Shown here piece by piece: positions 55,201-64,000 of a DNA stretch of 64,000 nucleotides (position 1 is its first letter; each line of letters begins with the position of its first letter). Under the pieces are notes generated by a model, which saw only the letters and a list, made by a program, of their open reading frames with translations, had not been told where the DNA came from and did no database searches. The translations under genes were made by a program, and so were the position numbers. Origin of the DNA: Octopus vulgaris (Eukaryota); assembly GCA_951406725.2 (NCBI GenBank), contig OX597820.1, forward strand, positions 104,842,001 to 104,906,000, written 5' to 3'.

Positions 55201-55392
55201 AAAATTCACAAAAAAGTCACTACTATTGATTTTTAGTGGCTTTGCGGGGTGACTGGGGAAATGTAAAAATGTGCACTACCACCCTTGGACGGTTTTGAAT
55301 GACCCTAGAAAGTGCGAGCCCTCTAATTGAAAAATTGTGGATTTGTATAAAGGACACACACACAGACATTTTGCCGTTTATATATAGAGAGA
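52288..55392 (-). mobile_element. Helitron with both termini and an internally deleted RepHel pseudogene
   Basis: 5' A|TC at 55392, 3' hairpin plus CTAG|T at 52288; ORF from ATG 54866; Zn motif CEHC..CC; YNSAFQMTSFG; PIF1 motifs LDAPGGTGKTF, AILAPKN, QFPVKLCFAMSINKSQGQTL, HGQLYVACSRV. Confidence 0.97.
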
Positions 55393-55689
55393 TCACTTTA
55401 AGTTTGTATCATAGAAGTAAGGGCAATTTAAGGTAGGTTGGTAACACAAGGTAAGTTACAAAAAGTATAGTGGGTTAGTATCAAAAATTAGTTCAGGTTT
55501 AATTAGCAAAAATGAATTTAATGTACAGCAGCATGTACTATGATATACAAATAATTAATAATAACACAACTCAACAGGTACTTTGTTGATAGAATATTTT
55601 TATGTAATTTGAAGGGTTTTTTTTATATACTGAATCCCAAAAAGGAATCCATTTTTTACAATCACATTTAGTTTTCAAGACACCCAAAC

Positions 55690-56400
55690 CCACTAATCAT
55701 CAGTGGGTGATATGTGTGAACTTTAAGATGGTCAATTTTCTCCTGGGACAACAAAGTGGATACACCAAATATCCATGCTTTTTATGAATGGGGTAAGGGG
55801 GAAATGTTAGGTGATGAAAGTATAGCTGCAGCAAACATCAGTTCTAGGGTCTTTTAATGAGGTTGAAAAGCCTTTAGTTCAACCAGGAAACATCATCCTA
55901 CCTTCATTCCATATGAAACTTGGCATTATGAAGCAGTTTGTTAAAGCTTTGGATAAAGATGGACCATACTTTCACAATATCTGCAGCACATTTCCCAGTT
56001 TGAACAGTGAAAAGATAAAAGCTGGAGTATTTGATGGGTTTGAAATCAGAAAAATGATGAAAGATGGGAACTTTGTAAATTCAATGAATTGCATTGAAGC
56101 AGCAGCATGAAATTCATTTGTAAGAGTTGTAAATGACTTTCTGGGCAACAAGAAAGCAGGTAACTATGTCAAAATATTCAACAACATGCTGCAGAACTTT
56201 CAAAAGTTGGGAGCAAATATGATGAGCATAAAGTTGCACTGTCTCCATAGTCACCTTGATAAATTCCCTGAAAATCTTGGTGTCACAAATGATGAGCAGG
56301 CAGAATGTTTCTGCCAGGACATAAAATCAATGGAAGAAAGAATATCGAGGCAGATGGGACTTACTTATGATGACAGACTATTGATAGAACTTGGATGTCA
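55690..56400 (+). mobile_element. DNA transposase remnant (Chapaev3-like)
   Basis: QSGYTKYPCF, ILPSFHMKLGIMKQFVKALD, EKIKAGVFDG, MSIKLHCLHSHLDKFPENLG..DEQAE.F.QDI. Confidence 0.7.
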
Positions 56401-59384
56401 TTTTCAGATTGTATGTCAAAAAAACCCTAGTTCAAGACCAAATTTTTGGACAACGGAAAAGCATTTTTTTTGCTGGTCTGTGTGATTTTAATCAAGTAAC
56501 TAGGAAAATGTAGTAAACAGCTCAGTGATTTTAACATTATATATAAGGTATTGAAATGAGTACATTTGTCATTTTGCAACATTTTGTCAAAACAAAGAGA
56601 CATCCACATACAAACAGACACACACATACACAACACTTCATATAATAATTTCCATTACTTTTTTTTACCAAGTGTCTAACTGCCAGTTAATTTAACAAGC
56701 CACTATCTCTCTTCTTTTTCTTGTTTAGCCTAAAATCAAAGAATAATTAACATACCTAAGACTACATCATCCAAGGGAGCCTTTTTTTACTTCTTTTTGA
56801 GACAACAGGATATGATTGAAAATGATTTAGCAACTATATCTAACATGTCTAGCAACTACATACAAGCTCCCTTTTCTATGCTTGCATGAGTCAGATGGAA
56901 TATTGTTGAGGTAGATTTTCTACAGCTGGATGCTCTTCCTGCCACCAATGCTCACTTGTTTCCAAACATATGTCTCCATGACCAGACATGATTTCTACAG
57001 AAGATTGGAAATAATGGCACTGTTTGTATGACAGATATTAAGACAAAGGACTCAAACACAAAATCACACAGGCATACATACAATGAGCTTTTTTCAGTTT
57101 CTATCAATCCAGTCTATCAGTCTTTAGTTGACTCAAGCTATAGTAGAAGACACTTGACCAAGTTAAGGCACAATGGGATTGAACCTGAAACCACAAGATT
57201 GGGAAGTAAACTTCTTAATCACACACACACAAAGGCTGCAGTGCATGTGCATGCTTATATATATTTGTACATGTTTATTTGTCCCACCACCCACTACCGC
57301 TTGACAACCAGTGTTGGTGTGTTTACATCTGCGTAACTCAACAGTTCAGCAAAAGAGACTGATAGAAGAAAGTACCAGGCTTTAAAAAGTAAGTACCAGG
57401 GTCGATTCATTCAACTAAAATTCTTCAAAGCAATGTCCCAGCACGGTCACAGTCTAATGACTGAAATAAAGTAAAAGATAATTTCTTAACTGATTTGTTT
57501 CCAGGTAAGTGAAGCAAGAGAAGGAAGCTGAGTACCTGAATCATCACAGACCATGAGGAGATAAATTTAGAAAGCAACATTTTCTTCTATTACACACAAC
57601 TATAATGCCTAAGATGTAAGAGTAACTACAACAAGAAAATTGCTAACTAGGACTAAATTGTGGACTTTGTTCAAGAAAAAATTACTAACATCCCTTGAAA
57701 CAGATATCAATTATTTCTCTCTCTCTCTCTCTTTCACACACAGATTTTATGCTTTTTTAAGATGTTTGGTGAATTAAGAAACAAAATCACTATTACTAGC
57801 TAAAAGAAACTAGACTGCTGTATCGCTGGTGTGTTCCAAAATTAGTAACTATTATTACTCTCTTTTCAATGAATTTAATTCAAAATATGAAATCAGTAAA
57901 CAAAGTAAATATTGATATTCAAAAAAAATTTTTTTAAACCAACCTCCCATATCTTCCTCAGATTCTTTCCACTTGGATCACTTTTTTCTTTACCCAACCA
58001 CCTCCACTATACTCCAGACACACCACATCCTGTACCAGTGTAGCTGCATATCATTCACACTACATCTAATTTCTCTTTGCGAAGTTTTCCCCTCAGCTCA
58101 TTTATTTTTTCTGTTATTCATACACAATAAAATTTTACATCCAGCAAAGAATACTCCCTCTTTTCTTTCCAGCCTTTACACATTCTCCACCCATAATTCA
58201 CTGGGAACACAAGTTTCATAAAATATACCCTTCACTAAGAAAGGCAAGTCTTTTGTTACCAGCAAAGGAAATAGTTCCCTAAATATTTTCCACCCTATTC
58301 TTACTCTATCTACTGTTTTCAGAGCAACCACCTCCACTATCAATCATACCCCAGAAGCTATCAACTACTTCTAGGAGCCTTCCAAGTATTTGAAAGAATT
58401 TATTTTATGATTGTCCTCACTCTCAACTAAGTCGACAGGGCTTTTAGTCTTGCAAGCTAGATGGCAACATCACTAATGTTGGTGCAATGAAAAAGAGCAT
58501 CCAATACACCCTATAAAGCGGTTGGCACTAAGGAAGAGTATCAGCCATAGAAAACCTGCCTCAATGAATTTTGCGACCCATACAGGTATGGAATAATGGA
58601 CATTAAAACAACGATGATTGTGTATAGAATTCCTCCCTCCTATTTATTGAGCAAAGCCACTTCTCAGATAGCAGCAGAATCCTGTCTTCCTTCTTGCTAA
58701 CTAAAACTGTTGTCATTGCTAAGTTTACTTTCAGCTCTCTCAAATCTGGTCTTGGCTTTCATGGTTAGGATTTCTTCACTAAATCTTCTAAAGATTCAGC
58801 TATGAAAACCAGGTTATCAGTATACAAGACTTCTCACAGATAGCCAATTCTGAACTCACCTTTTGGCCTGGAGTGGGGCTGAAAACGAAGCCCTGATAGA
58901 CATCTACCTACACACTAAATCAAGAACTCTTTACTGTCAACTTGCAGAGAACTTCACTGTACATGGCTTACACAGCTCTGTGTATTTATTAGGTTGCTTA
59001 CCAACCACCAAACTACCAAGCATTGTTGCTCTGCAAAACGCAATTCAGTCTCAACAAAACCCATCTTTTTATGACACTCCAACATATGATTGTTTTGTTT
59101 CAATGAAGAAACACTTAGTTGTTTAGCCCAGCTCAGATGATTGTGCAGACCTATGATCAACAACCTTCCTTTATTTATTTTTCAGGCAATAAAGAGGGAG
59201 AGATTTGGCTGGTATTTCTAGCAGGCCAAACAATCATATAAAAGAGTCATGGGCATGACTAATGAAAAAGTGCCTTCACATATTTTAGTAATGCAGCCAG
59301 TATGTCTTTCACAACCTGCTTCTCAGAAAAGATTGCCCATGCCTGATGTAAAACCTTCATCAGTGATTTATTCAGAAATAACTT

Positions 59385-59596
59385 AACCTTTTTGCTACCA
59401 AATTTCTGTTGAAGTACACTGCCTTTGTATCAATTTATTTTCAGAATAATGAAGAATTTAGTAAAATAACTTTGTCATTATTAAGATGGTATTTGGAACA
59501 TAAATTAACATGAAGTTTTCATGGAAGGTTTTAATTTAAATCATTTTAAAAAGGAAATATGTATCATGGGACCAAGAGCAGTGTCAGGTGGGTTAA
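59385..59596. mobile_element. TTAA-bounded MITE family
   Basis: Begins ttaaccttt; homologous copies at ~24924-25125, ~34835-35043 and 52142-52287 + 55393-55450. Confidence 0.7.
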
Positions 59597-59807
59597 CCCT
59601 TTAGCATTAAAGCTGGCCCGAATATTCTACTTATTTTATGTTCAAACTGGCCAGATCTGTCCTCTCACACCTACCATACACTGTCATTCTAAAAATAAAC
59701 AATCACATCATAAAAATCTCAAAGCTGTGAGATAATACATGATTTAATTCAAAACAATGTAAATAAATAAGCATTACATTTGACAGAGTTATCTGAATGC
59801 TAAAGGG
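59597..59807. mobile_element. piggyBac-type MITE
   Basis: TTAA-ccctttagcatt ... aatgctaaaggg-TTAA; degenerate copy at ~35875-36088. Confidence 0.9.
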
Positions 59808-60151
59808 TTAACCACCAGTCAAAGAATGGATTCCATGGTTTAGATTTGATTGATGGTTGGAACTAATCTACATATCATCATCATCATCATTTAGCATCCA
59901 TTTTCTATGATGGCATGGGTTGGACAATGTAACAAGTGCTGGTAAGGTCAGGGGCCACACCAGGCTCCACTGTCTGTTCTGGCATGGTTTCTACGGCTGG
60001 ATGCCCTTCCTAACATTAGCCACTCCACACTGTACTGAGTCTTTTAACGTGGCATCAGCACCAGTGCTTTTTATGTGGTACCAGAGCTTACATTTTCCTT
60101 TTTTAATGTTTTAATCCTTAATGATTACTTCACCAATGTAGGATCAATTCT

Positions 60152-60352
60152 CATTTTGTTACTGCCCACAAGGGGCTACACACAGAGGGGACAAAGAAAG
60201 GGATTAAATCAATTATATCGATCTCAGTGCGTAACTGGTACTTAATTTATCGACCCTGAAAGGATAAAAGGCAAAGTCGACCTCGGCGGAATTTGAACTC
60301 AGAACGTAACGACAGCATTTTGCCCGGCGTGCTAATGATTCTACCAGCTCAC
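60152..60352 (-). mobile_element. SINE family B with Tx1-like tail and ~21-bp TSD
   Basis: TSD caccaatgtaggatcaattct at 60131-60151 and 60353-60373. Confidence 0.9.
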
Positions 60353-61299
60353 CACCAATGTAGGATCAATTCTGTCAACCTACAAACATTTATCGCATCT
60401 GAAGAAACCTGTTTATATTGGTGTTGTTAATATAGTGATGAACACAATAGAGAGGTAAACTCAATTTCAATCCCTAATTAAAGAAATGCCATTTAATTAA
60501 TAATAGTTATTGAACTCTTTCTTCTAGCAAATCCCTTCATTATGTCAAGCAGTGTCAGTGTCTCCCATGTGAAGAATATAGTGTAAAATGGCTGGATACA
60601 ATAGAACAAAAAAATAGACATGTATTATATGTTATTAATTTAGTTAAATTTAAAGAATTCAAATCCTGTTGCTTTCAAGTTTGCATTACATTCTTCTGGT
60701 GTTGACAAAATAAAATACCAATCAAATATTGGGGTTCAATACAATCAACTGTTCCTTCCCCACAAATTTTTAGCCTTGTACCTATGAGATGAGCTTGGCT
60801 CTTCTAACAAGTAACTCAAGAGCCAGCAAAGATTCAGAGGCAAGCTTGCAATTGACAGTCTTGTACAAAATTTGTGTTTGGTTAACATTGCCAAAACCCC
60901 TTGATCACAATGATAAGTGAATGGGAACAACAAAAAGCTCTCCACACATTTTCTAGACACACAGAATACCAGAACTTTGCTGCAAATGATATTTCAAAAA
61001 TATATTTGGATATGGAATTATTTAGAAATTCCGCAAATTCATTTTACAGCTTGTCTGGAACTAATCTGTAATTAAATCTAAAAGGATTTCAAATGGGTTG
61101 ATATGGAAATCTAATACCTCACATCCACTTTTTCATGCTCACATGGGCTGGATAGAATTTATTGAGGTAGAAGCAAAAAGCTTTTCAGATAGCACATTAA
61201 TGTCCTCTACTTCCAGCAGTGTAAAGCTTTCATACATCCCAAAATGTCATAATGACCTGCCCTTGATTTTTTCCACTCTACAACTTGTTTCATCTGAAA

Positions 61300-62640
61300 T
61301 GGTTCTACCTTGTTGACAAAGTGTACAACAGAAGTTAGGTTGCTTTGAATGGCCTTGTTGATTTCATTGAGTCAAATGAAAATATTATTCAGGTTGGCTA
61401 TCATTCATTTGTTGTCAGAAAGTTAATTTACAAACTTGCTTGATTTATCCTTTTGATTTCTTTAAAAATTCCATTTTGTCTTTCATCACTGCAACTCTAG
61501 CTACCATATTACTAGTTGAAAGCCATCTCACGTCTGTATGAAGCAAAAAGTCTCTCATTCAGCATTTAATTTTTAATTCAATAAGTACAATATCCTTATA
61601 CACAGAAATAGATTTGACAAAAATCACTATATCATCATTAAAAATAGATTTGAGAGCTAGAGACTGTGTCTTCATACATAATAGCATAGCTATGGATCAC
61701 ACTGTGCATTTTCTTTATATCAGGCTTGGCATTTGACACTCTTGCAAACAAACCAGATCTATATCTCAGCATTGCAGGAGCTCTGTCAGTTGTACTGCTA
61801 ACTCCCATTTTCTAAGAAAGACATTCTTTTCAAAAAGAAACTAGATATAACTTCATTATGATCACTTTTCTTAAGCATTCCATCGAGTGACAAAACAAGA
61901 ATTCTTCTTTAAAATAATAATCTTTTAGGTGTCGTGAATACATAAGCAGCTCAGCATCAGATAATATACCTGTGTGCTCTTCATGGTGGATAGTAAATAT
62001 ACCTAGCAGAACCTCTTTGATTTCCAAAATAACTTTAGTTTTATATCATCTAATATATAAGAAATTCAAAAGACAGCAAGCTGGCAGAATAGTTAGCACT
62101 GGGCAAAATGCTTAGTAACATTTTGTCCATCTTTACGTTCTGGGTTCAAATTCTGCCAGAGTCGACTTTGCCTTTCATCTTTTCAGGGTCAATAAAATAA
62201 GTACCAGCTGAGTACAGGAGTCAATGTAATCAACTTACCCAACTCCCCTGAAATTGCTGGCTTTGTGCCAATATTTGAAACAAGTATACCAGATATTCAT
62301 CAATAAACATTTATCCTTTGACAGTAGCAGTGATCAGTTTCTTTGCCTCATTCTCTCCAAACATACAATCAACAATATCTTTGCAGTGGAGCAAGATTAA
62401 AATTTCAGCAATTGAGTAAGGTTTCTTATTTTTTGCAATTCTCAAGACGAGGTGATACTTGGTAGGAAAGCCACTCTGGTGAAGTTCGCATACATTTCAG
62501 ATAAGATGCCTTCTGTCCAAAATATGATTGTTCTTTGTCAGCTTTTGGTTGTGATTCATGTACTCCAAGTAATTCTTCTTGTATACTCTTAGGGAAAAAC
62601 ATATGGTTAGAAAACACCAGAACCAAAGCCCCTATTTACT
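61300..62640 (-). mobile_element. Degenerate hAT (Charlie/Buster, ZBED5-like) transposase, interrupted by SINE B (62075-62283, +)
   Basis: FKEEFLFC, TTDRAPAML, HTDVRWLS motifs. Confidence 0.75.
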
Positions 62641-62763
62641 ATCTTTTGAGAAAAGCATGAAAATATAAGACATATTACTTTAGCCCAATAAAACTATTTC
62701 TTATCTCGAGTTAGACATAGCGACGGTCCATCATACACACTGGAGATCGAAGTTTCATTCGGC

Positions 62764-62886
62764 GGCAATCTTTCGATACAGGTACACGACGTCATTCACC
62801 CACAAAACTTTCCCTCAAGATATAAAGAGGCGAGGCTGAAAAGGGTGAATGACGTCGTTTCCACATACCGATATCGAAGGATCGCC
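62764..62886. repeat. CpG-rich imperfect palindrome
   Basis: Perfect 16-bp pair 62786-62801 / 62843-62858; outer pair 62764-62778 / 62872-62886. Confidence 0.9.
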
Positions 62887-63789
62887 AACACATTTTTTAA
62901 TACACATTAGAAAACTAGTCCCAGATACTCCATAAAGTACATGAGGATTGCAGCTGGAATAAGCCTGTCATCATAGATGTGTGCTCAATCAAATTTTGCT
63001 TCGGGTTAAACAACAACTAAGCAATGCTGTAAAACAGATAAAACTGATAACGAAGACGTAAAACTTTAATACATACGTGTACATTGTATCATGGCTAACT
63101 GCAACTAAATCTCCACTCAAAACTCGCCCTTATTATCTTAAGGAAAGGACATCGTATACTATTTGTCGTTGACTAGAAGGGATGGTCAGGTCATGGCGAA
63201 CGCCTCTATCCTAAACCTGCTGAATGCCTAGGACAAAACAACATCACAATTCTTATTCATTCAAACGATTTTCTTTTTCTTCGTAATTTCACTTTTCATA
63301 ACCTCTAGATTTCTTTAACGAAAATATATTCTTTACAAAATCGCAGTGACAACTTGCGTGTTTATTTATTTCATTTACTTTCCCACTACACAATGATTTG
63401 TACGCAATAACACGAGTAAAAAAATATCAAAACAAAACCTCTCTAAAGGGAATAATCAATGCTTTTCGAAATTGGGTTCTTAATCGCTTCTAAAAGATAC
63501 AGAACATTGGCAGAAATATTTTAAGGGAACACTATAAATTGTAGTTCGTAGTGTTACTAGTACTATACGACCTAGGTGGGATAATGAAAGGTGAAGTTGA
63601 CCTGACAGGATTTGAACTTGAAGTTTACATCGAAGTGGCGATATTTAAATACTCTTGTGTCGGTGTTCAACTGCATGAACGAAGCATCTTCACTGTCTCA
63701 TCAAATGCATAATTTCTTTTATTGGCACAAGCACTTTTTATTGTGAAGGTAATCGATTCCAATGAAATTAAATATAAGACCACACTTAC

Positions 63790-63900
63790 TCCGACTGTCG
63801 CCCTATTCTACAGCCTTTTCCATGATAATGATGTCTAATCTTACCATGAGTCTGCATATTTTGATCAACGTAAATCGACCTCAAGTACATAAATTATATC
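63790..63900 (-). other. Candidate first (non-coding) exon of a minus-strand gene, possibly the zinc-finger gene
   Basis: Donors gga|gtaagt (63789) and atg|gtaaga (~63844) in CpG-retaining DNA just outside the CpG-depleted block. Confidence 0.3.
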
Positions 63901-64000
63901 TTTATCTTTCTTATCAACCAACCAGCCACGGAAAGATAAAGCCAAACTTGAGGACTTGGCGGGATTTTAATATAAAGGGACATAACTACTACTCATGACA

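Overview
Eukaryotic, AT-rich, microsatellite-dense DNA. The SINE families, Penelope/RTE/CR1 content and C2H2 gene suggest an octopus or other coleoid cephalopod (inference). Host genes: (1) an intact single-coding-exon 10-finger C2H2 gene (37012-38244, -); (2) a spliced 83-aa secreted precursor missed by the ORF track (27172-27266 + 29367-29523, +) with signal peptide, RR cleavage site and a 4-Cys peptide; (3) a likely terminal exon (6514-6703, -) encoding an amidation/cleavage motif (..SIIFRH-GKR) plus an acidic spacer. The rest is mostly transposon debris: mariner, Tigger/pogo, hAT, piggyBac-type MITEs, a Chapaev-like transposase, a Helitron family, R4/Dong fragments in (TAA)n, Tx1 in (GATA)n, CR1, RTE, Penelope-like elements and several tRNA-SINE families. 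Notable structures are hammerhead ribozyme motifs (an inverted pair, and a U3-A8 core variant), a SINE sharing its 3' tail with a Tx1 LINE, several long inverted repeats, and a CpG-depleted domain at about 30.4-62.7 kb. All calls were made by eye, and many TE boundaries are approximate.
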